A stretch of 54,041 nucleotides of DNA from Candidatus Woesearchaeota archaeon (GCA_046484055.1 JAWOBY010000021.1:1-54041), one strand, 5' to 3'; shown: positions 1 through 9,949, counted from the stretch's first letter. Program-made: numbers and translations. Notes: generated from the sequence alone by a model not told the origin.

Positions 1-119
1 TTGTAGAGCAGGAAAGGCAGAAGGACCCTGAAGAAGAGGAAGAGCCAGACAGGCATGAGGAAGTAGAGGGCTGTCCTGTGCCTGTAAGCCTGTTTCTTTA
101 GCTTGAGAAGGGCTTTCAT
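1..119 (-). CDS. N-terminal fragment of a membrane protein (runs off window start)
   Basis: ATG at 119 (minus) gives MKALLKLKKQAYRHRTALYFLMPVWLFLFFRVLLPFLLY, a basic N-terminus plus hydrophobic stretch; TATA-like TTTTTATAG near 140-148 on the minus strand. Confidence 0.5.
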   Translation of the reverse strand, partial: MKALLKLKKQAYRHRTALYFLMPVWLFLFFRVLLPFLLY

Positions 120-205
120 ATCTCCTGCCCTGCGGGAGAGCTATAAAAAGGTTGCTGAACAAGGAAGCAAAAAAAACAGAGAAAAAGAGAATAAAAAATA
201 AAGTT

Positions 206-667
206 TTATTCCTGCACAGTTGACGCGACTTCAACACTCACTTCGTGGGTGAAGTCTGAGTTGGTGCCTGTGTAGTATTTAATGGTGAAGGTTCCTTTTC
301 CCTTGCCTCCTGAGGTGAATGACTCACTACAGCTTGCTGTGAAGGTCATCTCCTTGCCTGACTCCCAAGTCTCATCTACTATACCCGAAGTATCAGCTGT
401 GCACTCGGCATCAGTACTCTCAAAGGAAACACCATCTATTTTCATTGCCTTCCCCATGCCGTTTGACAGCTTGGCTTTAACTTCTCCAGTACTTATCTGA
501 TAATCCTCACATGTAATTCCCGGCGTTGCTGTGCACTTGTCAGGCAGCAGCCTTGCTGGGTTCAGCACACCAAAGTATGCCAATGCACCTATGACTACGA
601 GTACTACAAGAATCGCCCAGCCGTAGGTCATCAAGAACTCCATAGCAGCTTGTCCTTTTCTGGCCAT
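206..667 (-). CDS. Type IV pilin-like protein with class III signal peptide
   Basis: MARKG/QAAMEFLMTYGWAILVVLVVIGALAYFG is a prepilin-peptidase cleavage motif plus hydrophobic helix; paired Cys in a beta-rich domain; SD GAGGTGA and TATA (TTTATATA ~733-740) upstream. Confidence 0.85.
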   Translation of the reverse strand: MARKGQAAMEFLMTYGWAILVVLVVIGALAYFGVLNPARLLPDKCTATPGITCEDYQISTGEVKAKLSNGMGKAMKIDGVSFESTDAECTADTSGIVDETWESGKEMTFTASCSESFTSGGKGKGTFTIKYYTGTNSDFTHEVSVEVASTVQE

Positions 668-833
668 TTAATCACCTCAGTTTTTATTATTGCAATTTAA
701 GATTGCTGTTTTACGCCTTTAGACAGCCTTAATATATAAATATTTCGCTTTGAAGAGGATGCTGGGATAACAAGATGCCATAAAAACATTTATATATCTA
801 TTATCCAGACCACAGCGCACCAGAGGTGATACA

Positions 834-1121
834 ATGATAAAAAAGGGTTTCACATTATCAGTCATTCTTGTCCTGCTTTCTGTCGCTGTGCTTTCCGGCT
901 GCGAGCAGATGGAGGGTGAGAGCGGCTGCGGCGGCTGCTGCGACGGATGCTGTAATGAGGATGAGGAGGACAAGCAGGAGGCGGAGACTGAGGATTCAGA
1001 GCCGAAGCCCGCATCAACGACAGCTCCCTCTCCTGACACTGCATCACTCCCCACCCAGGATGATCAGGACATTCCAGGGGATGATGACACATCTGATGAT
1101 ACCTCCGCTGATAACACCTGA
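834..1121 (+). CDS. Small lipoprotein (lipobox LSGC) with Cys cluster and acidic disordered tail
   Basis: KK plus hydrophobic helix plus VLSG/C; CGGCCDGCC motif; D/E-rich tail; SD GAGGTGA and TATA at ~790. Confidence 0.75.
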   Translation: MIKKGFTLSVILVLLSVAVLSGCEQMEGESGCGGCCDGCCNEDEEDKQEAETEDSEPKPASTTAPSPDTASLPTQDDQDIPGDDDTSDDTSADNT

Positions 1122-1148
1122 TGATACATCATCTTAAAGGCCGTCTAA

Positions 1149-1943
1149 ATGACAGTAGCTTACACTGCTTACGGGAATTACTGGATCATAAAGCCGTACC
1201 TCTATATCTCCCCTTACTTTGTTATGGCGGCCATCGCCACAATTGCTGCAATAGCCATAACATACTTTGAGTTCAGGCGCAGGGGCCTCCCAAGAAAACA
1301 TCTTGTGTGGCTTTCAATTCTGATCTATCTCTTTATGGGCGGATTCGCAAGGCTTTTCTACTCGCTCGGGCCGTGGTCATGGGGCGAGTACTCGTCACTC
1401 TCTGAAAGATTCATTGACATGTTCACTCTTGAGCCCGGCATGGTCTTCTACGGCGGGCTCATAGGAGGGCTTATCGCAATACTAATATATGCGAGGATAA
1501 GGAAACTGAATTTCTGGAGATACGCTGACGCATGGGCGCCCGCGGGAGGCCTTGTGCTCTTCTTCGCGAGGATCGGCTGCTTCTTCTCGGGCTGCTGCTA
1601 CGGCATCGTCTCGCGTATCAACCTGCCATGGCTGCTCCAGACAGAGGCGGGACCCATACATCCCACGCAGCTGTATTCCAGCATTGCGGGCATGCTCGTG
1701 TTCATAACCGCCACAGAGCTGAGGTACAGGCAGTCTGCATGGAAGCTTTTTGACGGTTATGTCATGCTCTGGACCCTTGCAGCATACGCGGTACTGAGGT
1801 TCCTCATAGAATTCATGAGGTATTATGACTTCAGGTTTTTATGGCTCACCACATCACAGTACATCTCCATAGCACTGCTCGTTTTCTGCGCAGTGCTCCT
1901 TGCTGTAAAGTACAGGAGGGACAGTACAAGCAGAAGGGCATGA
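1149..1943 (+). CDS. lgt: Prolipoprotein diacylglyceryl transferase (Lgt family)
   Basis: Multi-pass membrane protein with Lgt motifs GMVFYGGLIGG, RIGCFFSGCCYG, HPTQLY, RFLIEFMR. Confidence 0.88.
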   Translation: MTVAYTAYGNYWIIKPYLYISPYFVMAAIATIAAIAITYFEFRRRGLPRKHLVWLSILIYLFMGGFARLFYSLGPWSWGEYSSLSERFIDMFTLEPGMVFYGGLIGGLIAILIYARIRKLNFWRYADAWAPAGGLVLFFARIGCFFSGCCYGIVSRINLPWLLQTEAGPIHPTQLYSSIAGMLVFITATELRYRQSAWKLFDGYVMLWTLAAYAVLRFLIEFMRYYDFRFLWLTTSQYISIALLVFCAVLLAVKYRRDSTSRRA

Positions 1944-2066
1944 AGCAGGTCTCTCTTGAACATATCTGTCCGAAATGTGTGGGCAGGATGCTGATCAGGG
2001 ATCAGATTGGATTTACACACACAAAATGTAGATGCATGATATATGCCTGCTTAAGAACGGTATTCT

Positions 2067-3878
2067 TCATCCTGTTATGACATTGCCTTCCTCATCAAAT
2101 CTGATGTCACCCAGATGGGCATTCAGCTCCTGTTCACTACTTGACTGATCCCCGATCTCTTTAAGGTAGGACAGCATATTGCCTATTTTTGCAGACAGCC
2201 TGAGTTTAGCCATTACAGGGTCAACAGATACACTGTTCCACAACTTGAACACCATACCTATTCTTTCTGATATCATCATGGGGGTCATGGAATCAGTATC
2301 AACCCAACCTGGCCCATTGACTGCCCTGGCATTCATGGAAGTGGCTTTGTCAATGAATTCATAAAAGTCATCAAAGGTCAGGGAAGCTGTGAAATCAAGG
2401 TCGCGTGGCCCATCCTCAGCCACCCTGAATATGACATCATCGTTAATGCTGATCCTCCTGCTGAATATATTCTCCTCTCCCCCCTCCAATATGAACTTAA
2501 AATCAAGAGAATCTCCAAAACCACTGGTCAGTTTATGAAGGATTTCCATCGCGTGCTCTTCGGACTTGATCTCCCTCCGCTCTTCAGGGCCTGGTTCAAA
2601 GGCACTATTCTCAGACAACTGACGCTTTATTATTTGTCTCATCAAACCCTTATCACCCAACACTCTGTACCTGTAGAGGGTACTCCACATAACGATGCCC
2701 CTTCCATCAACATGCACCATCTCTTCCCAGATATGGAATTCAATATTTCCATCCACATAATCAATCTCTATTTTTTCAAACTCATCCGGCCAGGAATCTT
2801 TGCCCTTGCATTCAAGCGTTTCTGAAACTTTCATCTCGCTATCTGCAAATAACTGCATGAGACGCTCAAAACCATCGCCTGAATTGATATGCTTATCCAC
2901 ATCTTCACCCAAAAAATCATGGACATACCAGTCAAAGAATCTTTCATCCACAGCATCCTGGAGTTTCATCCTGAGATACAAGGCAGGTTCATAATTCCAT
3001 GGTTCGCATTTTTTCGGCTTTCTGGCGCCGGATATCCTGTTCAAGACATCATTGCCGTAACTGAGTCCTGACTTGTATCCTGAATGTTCCAAAACAAAAT
3101 AATTGTTTTCAGGGTCGGACTTTGAACAGATGCCTATCAATTGAAACCTTGGAGGATTTGATCCACACTGTTCCACACAATCATCCCTGCCCCTGCAATC
3201 GTGTGATCGCATGCATTCTTCCTTTGTTTCCTCAAGGATTGCGGCGCTGAATATCCTGCTGTCCTTTGGATGATAATCAAAAAACCAGTCTGCCAGTTCA
3301 TTTCCGCTTGTCTCTTCCATCACACTCAGGCCTTCCATCACCCCGACACACCCATCATATGTGTTTATGTTCCACATCACTTCGAAGACATCAAATGATT
3401 GACGGCCAACTTCAGAGACAGAGGGCTTGCCATTCTCATAATAACCTTTTATGTTGTCAATCAAGCTCCGGACATCATCATCGAATTCATCCTTATAGTA
3501 TGAATCAGGGTACTTTCTGGCGCCTATGTTGTACCCCAACCTATAATGCTCATCATCCGGAGAGTGCATCCCTAAAAAAATATTCAGATCATGGGCCCTC
3601 ATCATGTGGCCATACTCAGTCTTATATTCATCCAAAGCCCCCTCAACTTCCGATCGGCTCCAACCAGCCATGCCTTTCTCTTTCAATCGGTTGTCCATTA
3701 TGGCCTTATGATTCTCAAGCAGGATGACAAGTTGCGCTACAGAAATCTCCCCAATATCATACATTCGAGCAGTCTCTTCAAACTTCTGAAGCGTATCGCC
3801 AGGCGCCAGAGAGAATGCAGAAGGGATTGCCACCAGGAACAACAAAACAAGACCGAGTGATAAAAAGATAGATCTCAT
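2067..3878 (-). CDS. Secreted or surface hypothetical protein (~600 aa)
   Basis: Long ORF with N-terminal signal peptide (MRSIFLSLGLVLLFLVAIPSAFS) and a Cys cluster mid-protein; ATG 3878 preferred to GTG 3893. Confidence 0.75.
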   Translation of the reverse strand: MRSIFLSLGLVLLFLVAIPSAFSLAPGDTLQKFEETARMYDIGEISVAQLVILLENHKAIMDNRLKEKGMAGWSRSEVEGALDEYKTEYGHMMRAHDLNIFLGMHSPDDEHYRLGYNIGARKYPDSYYKDEFDDDVRSLIDNIKGYYENGKPSVSEVGRQSFDVFEVMWNINTYDGCVGVMEGLSVMEETSGNELADWFFDYHPKDSRIFSAAILEETKEECMRSHDCRGRDDCVEQCGSNPPRFQLIGICSKSDPENNYFVLEHSGYKSGLSYGNDVLNRISGARKPKKCEPWNYEPALYLRMKLQDAVDERFFDWYVHDFLGEDVDKHINSGDGFERLMQLFADSEMKVSETLECKGKDSWPDEFEKIEIDYVDGNIEFHIWEEMVHVDGRGIVMWSTLYRYRVLGDKGLMRQIIKRQLSENSAFEPGPEERREIKSEEHAMEILHKLTSGFGDSLDFKFILEGGEENIFSRRISINDDVIFRVAEDGPRDLDFTASLTFDDFYEFIDKATSMNARAVNGPGWVDTDSMTPMMISERIGMVFKLWNSVSVDPVMAKLRLSAKIGNMLSYLKEIGDQSSSEQELNAHLGDIRFDEEGNVITG

Positions 3879-4240
3879 CCTGATTGCATACACTAAGAGT
3901 TATATAAAGCTTTCCCCGCGCAGGCCTGCTCTGGCTGTATATGGAGTTTTTAAGGTTCTTGAGGGTTTTTAAAGAGCCCGCCCAAAAAGCAGGTTCCTCC
4001 CGCGACGGCCATACACAATCATGTTAATTGTGCTCGCAGTATTGGCGCCAACGGCCTCAACCCTGTATGTGCAGGCAGCCCCGAAATACCAAAATATTTA
4101 TAAATATGTTTTAAACATTTCAATATGAACCATCTGGCATTATAAAATCAGGAAATCATAAGTGCCGTTGTTAAGACACCTGGAAGAGCATGCCTGTAGA
4201 AAAGTGGAGGTTTTGAAGGCTCTTAAACTGGTGGTGCAAA

Positions 4241-4348
4241 ATGAGCAAAAGGAAGAAAATTGTTTCAAGCGTGATTTCATGGATCGCCATAATCCTGGGG
4301 TTGATTGTCATAATAATTGTGCTTTACAAGATGATCAGCGGTCTGTAA
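4241..4348 (+). CDS. 35-aa single-TM small protein (not in ORF track)
   Basis: MSKRKKIVSSVISWIAIILGLIVIIIVLYKMISGL*, preceded by GGTGGTG SD-like sequence. Confidence 0.55.
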   Translation: MSKRKKIVSSVISWIAIILGLIVIIIVLYKMISGL

Positions 4349-4349
4349 A

Positions 4350-4520
4350 ATGGATGACACTGATATTGCATTAAAAGTGGTCATAACCGTGTCCACTGTG
4401 GTTTTGTTCATATATGGGTTATACAAAGGATACGACACACTGGAATTATTCACATACAACATATACTTTACAGCGCTCATATTATATCTTATTAAGACAA
4501 ACCTATTGAGCAAGAGGTAA
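4350..4520 (+). CDS. 56-aa two-TM small protein (not in ORF track)
   Basis: MDDTDIALKVVITVSTVVLFIYGLYKGYDTLELFTYNIYFTALILYLIKTNLLSKR*, starting 1 nt after the previous stop. Confidence 0.5.
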   Translation: MDDTDIALKVVITVSTVVLFIYGLYKGYDTLELFTYNIYFTALILYLIKTNLLSKR

Positions 4521-4632
4521 AAACCGGATACAGATTATCCGAAAATACGGCAGGAAACACAGTATAGATTCCCGATACAAAGGAAACATAAAGCCTAAAA
4601 ACCACCCAAGAAACCCTGACAGAGAGAGAATA

Positions 4633-7600
4633 ATGACCAAGATCAACAAGCTTGTGATGCACGGCTTCAAGTCCTTCGCCAAGAGGACAGAACTCATATT
4701 CGGCGATGACTTCAACTGCATTCTCGGCCCCAACGGAAGCGGAAAGTGCGTGAAAGGCGATACTCTTGTGCAGCTGGAAGACGGCTCGCTTGTCAGGATA
4801 GACGAGCTGGTGGATAACAACCTCAAATCAAATCCTGTCAGAAAGCTTGATGACGGCCTCATAGCTTACGGCGGGTCAACGAAGGTTCTTTCCCTTGACA
4901 CAGGCTCGCTGAAAACAGTGCCGAGGCCTGTCCAGGCGTTCGTCAAGAGGAAAGCGCCGAAGAGCCTTCTCAGGATAAAGACAAGGAGCGGCAGGGAGAT
5001 CACAGCGACAGAGTACCATCCTCTATTCATCCTCAAAGACGGGAAGATTGAAAGCATCAAAGCCGAGGAACTGAAGGAAGGGACAAGAGTTGCTGTCCCC
5101 AGGAAAATTATGGCTGCTGCAGGAACAAAATATTTTATTGAGCTTCTTGACATGATAAAAGCAGAGGATAGTCTTTATGTCCCCTTCAAAGAGGAATTTG
5201 CGGTAATCCTGCGCTCTATGAAAACAAAGACATGGAAAGAACTTTCAGAGAGAATAGGGATACCTCTTAATTCAGTAAAAGGCCTTCTCGACAGGCAGTC
5301 AGTGAATTTTGCTCATCTTGTCAGGATCATGAGGCACGCAGGTATGGATGACTTGGAGATAATGAGGCGCGTCCGCGAGGTTAAGCTGAAGAATTCTTCT
5401 CTTACCTGCCTGATCCCCTGGGAGAACACCCCTGAGTTCGCAAGGCTGCTCGGCTACCTTCTTGCTGAGGGAAAGCTCTCTGCATCAAACCAGATATGGT
5501 TCACGAACAGCAGGGATGAGATTGTGGAGGACTACAGGAACCTGATTTCGCGTGAATTGGGGGTAAGGGCCACGACAAATGAGTACAAGCCCGGATGCTG
5601 GGATGTCATAGCGTACTCCTCAGCTGCGATGGTCATTCTGGGGAAATTCGGAATGGCCTCAGGGACAGAGTACAAGACAATAACCAGCCTCTTCCTGAAG
5701 CATTCCGAAGAAGAGGAACTCTCTGCCCTCCTTGACGGCCTCTATTCGGGGGACGGCTATGTTTCCAATAACTCAATAGAGCTCACAACAAAAAGCAGGA
5801 AACTGGCAGCAGCTGTTGAGAGCATACTCCTGAGGCTCGGCATAAATTTTACTGCAAGGTACATGGTCAAGATGGCGGCCAACTCAGGCTTCAGCGGTAT
5901 CTATAAGAATATAGTAGTGTATGGTGCTGATAATTTCGGAGAATTCCACAGGCATGTCAGGCTCACTCACTCTGAAAAGCAGAGAAAGGTGGAGAATCTC
6001 CTGGGCAGGAAGGGCAACCCCAATACAGACCTGATAGAAGCCAATTCCCTCGTGAAGGAAACGGCAAAAGAACTCGGCATAAAGGTGAAGCCGAACAGGA
6101 AAAGTTTCCCGAAACTGGATGCATACTGCTATAACCAGTGCCTTCCGTCAAGAGAAGGGATAACAGAGATTATCAAGGGGCTTTTCACCCGCTCCGCCCC
6201 ATTACAAGACAGCCCATCACAAGAGTCTTTCAGAGGAATGGAACCGCTCCTGAAGCTGCAGCTGCTCAGCGAATCAGACATATTCTGGGACGAGATAACA
6301 GAGATTGAAACAATAGAATCTGAAGAGGAATGGGTGTATGATCTCTGCATAGAGAAGGACCATAATTTTGTCGCGAACAATTTCTTTGTCCATAACAGCA
6401 ATGTCCTGGATGCCCTATGCTTTGTCCTCGGCAAAACATCTGCCAAGGCACTGAGGAGCGAGAAGTCCGCGAACCTCATATACAACGGCGGAAAGGCCAG
6501 AAAGCCCTACAGTGCGGGAGAGGTATCTATCTATTTTGACAACAGCAAGGGTACATTCCCCACTGAGGAGAAGGAGGTCAAGATAACAAGGATAGTCAAG
6601 AAGAGCGGCCAGAGTGTCTATAAGATAAACAATGAGTCCAGGACAAGGCAGCAGATACTGGAGCTTCTCAGCCTCGCCCGCATAAACCCTGACGCTTATA
6701 ACATAATAATGCAGGGCGACATAGTGAAGTTCGTCGAGATGCCGCCGGAGGAAAGGAGGCAGCTCGTCGAGGAGATATCAGGCATATCCATCTATGAGGA
6801 GAAGAAGAACAAGGCGGTCAATGAGCTGAACAGGGTGGAAGGGAGGATAAAGGAGGCAGAGATAGTCCTCAATGAGAGGAAAACAAGGCTCAACGAGCTC
6901 AAGAAGGAGAGGGATCAGGCCACCAAATACAAGGACATGCAGGACAAGATAAAGATAAACAAAGCATCACTGCTCCACAAGAAGATAGAGCGAGGAGAGA
7001 AGGAGAAGAAGGAGTTTGATGACAGGATAGAGAAACAGCAGAAGCAGCTGGACGAGAAGCAGAAGGAGATAGACAAGCTCAAGGAGGAGATAAAGAATCA
7101 CAGGGAGAGGATAGACGCGATAAACAAGGAGATAGAGCAGAAGGGAGAGAAAGAGCAGGTGGACATGAACAAGGAGATAGAGAAGCTAAGGGTGGATATC
7201 GCGTCCTCAAAGAACAGGGTCGAGTCGGTCAAGGGAGAGATAGGGAAGATAAAGGAGAGGAGGAAACAGCTCAAGCAGAATTCTGATGACATGAGGCAGA
7301 AGCTCAAGAAGCTTGAGGATGAGAAGGCCGAAACCCAGAAGAAGGTGAAGAGCAGGGAAGAAGAGATAAAGAACATAGAGAAGAAGATGGAGGATTTCAG
7401 GAAGAAGAACAAGCTTGATGATGTTGAAGGCCTGGAAAAGGACATAGACGAGATAGACAGGAAGGCAGAGGAGAAGCAGAAGGAGATACAGGATCTGAGG
7501 CAGAAGCAGCAGGAGCTCCTGAGGGAGAAGGACCGGCTGGAGGTCCAGATACAGGCCATAGACGAGCGCATAAGCAAGGTCCTTGAGGTGGAGAAGGAGA

Positions 7601-9780
7601 ACAAGGAGCAGATTCAGAAGCTCAAGAAGATGAAGGAGGACTTCAAGAAAGCCACCGCAGACCTCAACAAGAAGCTCAGCGATGATTCAGGCATTGCGGC
7701 CCAGCTGGGCAACGCGAGGAACAGCCTCCTGCAGCATAAGGAGGACTTCTCAAAGCTGCAGGCCAAGAGCATGTCCATACAGGAGAAGATAGGCAAGGAA
7801 AGCGCGGTCAGCAAGGTCCTCCAGCAGAAGAACAAGATAAAAGGCATACACGGGACAGTATCAGAGCTGGGCAAGGTCAGCAACAAGTACTCGCTCGCCC
7901 TGGAGATAGCGGCAGGGCCGAGAATAACAAGCATAGTGGTCCAGAACGATCAGGTGGCATCAAAATGCATACAATACCTGAAGGATAACAGGCTCGGCAT
8001 AGCCACATTCCTTCCCCTGAACAAGATAAAGGCCCCGCAGAAGAGAGAGGGCATAGATGACCTGAAGAAGGCCAACGGAGTGCATGGCACAGCCATAGAC
8101 CTCATAAATTTTGACCCCAAGTTCAGGGATGTCTTCTCATACGTCTTCGGCAACACTCTCGTCGTGGACAGCATAGATGTGGCGAGAAGGATAGGCATCG
8201 GCAAGGCAAGGATGGTCACGCTCGACGGCGACATGGCTGAGGTGAGCGGGGCCATGCAGGGAGGCTTCAGGAAGAAGGGAAGCACTGGTCTGGGATTCAG
8301 CGAGAAGGAGGTCGAGAAGGACATAAAGGAATGCGAGAAGAAGCTGAAGGACACCGAAGATCTCGTCTCAAGGCTTGAGAAGGACAAGAAGAAGAATGAG
8401 GAGGAGATAGAGAAGCTCAGGCATTTCAAGGCCAATCTTGAGGGTGACATAATAAAGATCGAGAAATCGCTCCATCTGGACTCAGAGGATACTGACGCAT
8501 CAAGGAAGGAGAAGGAGAAGATGCAGAAATCCGTTGAGGAGATGGACAAGAAGATAGAGGATATCAATGACAAGATAACAGGATGCAACAAGGAGCTGGC
8601 TGAGAACAAGAGCAAGAGGCAGGAGATAAGGAACAGGATAAACGAGCTCAGGAATCCCGCCCTGCTCGCGGAGCTCAACGCATTCGAGGAGAAGAGGAAC
8701 CAGCTGAGGGAGGAGCTCGTGAACCTCAATGGTGAGATCAAGAATCTGGAAGCCCAGAAGACGAATGTTATCAACCCTGAGCTTGAGAACCTGGAGAGGA
8801 TAAGCAGGCAGAACGAGAAGGAGGAACAGGACTTCAAAGAGGAGCTCGAGATGCTCAACAAGGAGATAACCAACATGAGCTCAGACCTCAGGGAGAAGGA
8901 GGAGAAGCAGAAGAGATTCCAGTCAAAATTCAAGGACCTCTTCAGCGAGAAGAGCAAGCTTGACGAGAAGATAAGGAAAAATGAGGAGAAGATAGACGCT
9001 CACTCAGATAAGGTCAAGGAGATAGAGAAGAAAATAAACCAGATAAATGTAGATGCCGCGAAGGTCAAGGCGGAGCTGGCAGGCCATCAGGAGGAGTTCA
9101 AGGAATATGAGGGAGTCCACATAGTCAAGAACAAGTCAGAGCAGGAGCTGAAAAAGGAGATAGGCACATATGAAGGGATACTGACCAAGCTCGGCTCTGT
9201 CAATATGAGGGCGCTGGAGGTCTATGACCAGGTGGAGAAGGAATATAATGAACTGAGCGAGAAGAAGGAGAAGCTCGTGCTCGAGAAAGAGGACGTTCTG
9301 GTCATGATAAACGAGATAGAGACGAAGAAGAAGGACCTTTTCATGAAGACATTCGATGTGGTCAATGAGAATTTCCAGAGCATATTCTCGGCCCTCACAA
9401 CAAAAGGGGAGGCATCGCTTGTGCTGGAGAATCCGGATTCGCCATTTGATGGGGGGCTCATGATAAAGGTGAAGCTGTCAGGCAGCAAGATGATGGACAT
9501 AAGAAGCCTTTCAGGAGGCGAGAAGTCACTGACAGCGCTGGCATTCATATTTTCCATACAGGAGCACGAGCCGGCCTCATTCTATGTTCTTGATGAGGTC
9601 GACGCCGCGCTCGACAAGAAGAACTCGGAGAAGCTGTCCCAGCTGGTAAAGAAATATTCAGAGAAGGCCCAGTATGTTGTGATAAGCCACAATGACGGCA
9701 TAATAACAGAAGCCAGCATACTTTACGGAGTGAGCATGGACGAGCACGGGATGAGCAATGTGGTGAGTCTGAAGGTCTGA
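4633..9780 (+). CDS. smc: Chromosome segregation protein SMC precursor containing an intein (1165 aa after splicing)
   Basis: GFKSF, Walker A GPNGSGK|SN split by an insert, coiled coils, hinge (GIHGTVSEL...GIATFLPL), signature LSGGEK, Walker B/D-loop LDEVDAALD, VVISHN. Confidence 0.97.
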   Translation: MTKINKLVMHGFKSFAKRTELIFGDDFNCILGPNGSGKCVKGDTLVQLEDGSLVRIDELVDNNLKSNPVRKLDDGLIAYGGSTKVLSLDTGSLKTVPRPVQAFVKRKAPKSLLRIKTRSGREITATEYHPLFILKDGKIESIKAEELKEGTRVAVPRKIMAAAGTKYFIELLDMIKAEDSLYVPFKEEFAVILRSMKTKTWKELSERIGIPLNSVKGLLDRQSVNFAHLVRIMRHAGMDDLEIMRRVREVKLKNSSLTCLIPWENTPEFARLLGYLLAEGKLSASNQIWFTNSRDEIVEDYRNLISRELGVRATTNEYKPGCWDVIAYSSAAMVILGKFGMASGTEYKTITSLFLKHSEEEELSALLDGLYSGDGYVSNNSIELTTKSRKLAAAVESILLRLGINFTARYMVKMAANSGFSGIYKNIVVYGADNFGEFHRHVRLTHSEKQRKVENLLGRKGNPNTDLIEANSLVKETAKELGIKVKPNRKSFPKLDAYCYNQCLPSREGITEIIKGLFTRSAPLQDSPSQESFRGMEPLLKLQLLSESDIFWDEITEIETIESEEEWVYDLCIEKDHNFVANNFFVHNSNVLDALCFVLGKTSAKALRSEKSANLIYNGGKARKPYSAGEVSIYFDNSKGTFPTEEKEVKITRIVKKSGQSVYKINNESRTRQQILELLSLARINPDAYNIIMQGDIVKFVEMPPEERRQLVEEISGISIYEEKKNKAVNELNRVEGRIKEAEIVLNERKTRLNELKKERDQATKYKDMQDKIKINKASLLHKKIERGEKEKKEFDDRIEKQQKQLDEKQKEIDKLKEEIKNHRERIDAINKEIEQKGEKEQVDMNKEIEKLRVDIASSKNRVESVKGEIGKIKERRKQLKQNSDDMRQKLKKLEDEKAETQKKVKSREEEIKNIEKKMEDFRKKNKLDDVEGLEKDIDEIDRKAEEKQKEIQDLRQKQQELLREKDRLEVQIQAIDERISKVLEVEKENKEQIQKLKKMKEDFKKATADLNKKLSDDSGIAAQLGNARNSLLQHKEDFSKLQAKSMSIQEKIGKESAVSKVLQQKNKIKGIHGTVSELGKVSNKYSLALEIAAGPRITSIVVQNDQVASKCIQYLKDNRLGIATFLPLNKIKAPQKREGIDDLKKANGVHGTAIDLINFDPKFRDVFSYVFGNTLVVDSIDVARRIGIGKARMVTLDGDMAEVSGAMQGGFRKKGSTGLGFSEKEVEKDIKECEKKLKDTEDLVSRLEKDKKKNEEEIEKLRHFKANLEGDIIKIEKSLHLDSEDTDASRKEKEKMQKSVEEMDKKIEDINDKITGCNKELAENKSKRQEIRNRINELRNPALLAELNAFEEKRNQLREELVNLNGEIKNLEAQKTNVINPELENLERISRQNEKEEQDFKEELEMLNKEITNMSSDLREKEEKQKRFQSKFKDLFSEKSKLDEKIRKNEEKIDAHSDKVKEIEKKINQINVDAAKVKAELAGHQEEFKEYEGVHIVKNKSEQELKKEIGTYEGILTKLGSVNMRALEVYDQVEKEYNELSEKKEKLVLEKEDVLVMINEIETKKKDLFMKTFDVVNENFQSIFSALTTKGEASLVLENPDSPFDGGLMIKVKLSGSKMMDIRSLSGGEKSLTALAFIFSIQEHEPASFYVLDEVDAALDKKNSEKLSQLVKKYSEKAQYVVISHNDGIITEASILYGVSMDEHGMSNVVSLKV
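4747..6396 (+). mobile_element. Intein with LAGLIDADG homing endonuclease (550 aa) in the SMC P-loop
   Basis: Starts CVKGDT (block A), has ITATEYHPLF (block B), LAGLIDADG-like LLGYLLAEG and LLDGLYSGDG, ends VYDLCIEKDHNFVANNFFVHN followed by Ser+1; removal restores GSGKSNVLDAL. Confidence 0.95.
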
Positions 9781-9866
9781 ATTTCAGGCGCATCCATGCA
9801 TTACAGGCCTGAGGGCCTGTCCAAAAAAGAGGTTCTTTAAGGATTCAGACTGATAAGTACGGCAAT

Positions 9867-9933
9867 ATCATGAGTGCATCACTATTATGGGTGCAGCACT
9901 ATTATGATGGCCAATACTATCATGACAACCATT
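9867..9933. repeat. Degenerate ~17-bp tandem repeat (about 4 copies)
   Basis: ATCATGAGTGCATCACT / ATTATGGGTGCAGCACT / ATTATGATGGCCAATACT / ATCATGACAACC. Confidence 0.55.
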
Positions 9934-9949
9934 ATCAGCAGGTGATATC

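Noticed and set aside
3905-4090. GC-richer intergenic stretch as an ncRNA
   Set aside because: No recognisable tRNA, SRP or RNase P motifs, and no convincing fold by eye
7098-9557. Long Ser/Phe/Leu-rich minus-strand ORFs
   Set aside because: Antisense shadows of the K/E-rich SMC coiled coil; the same applies to shadows over the atp, hppA and lysS genes
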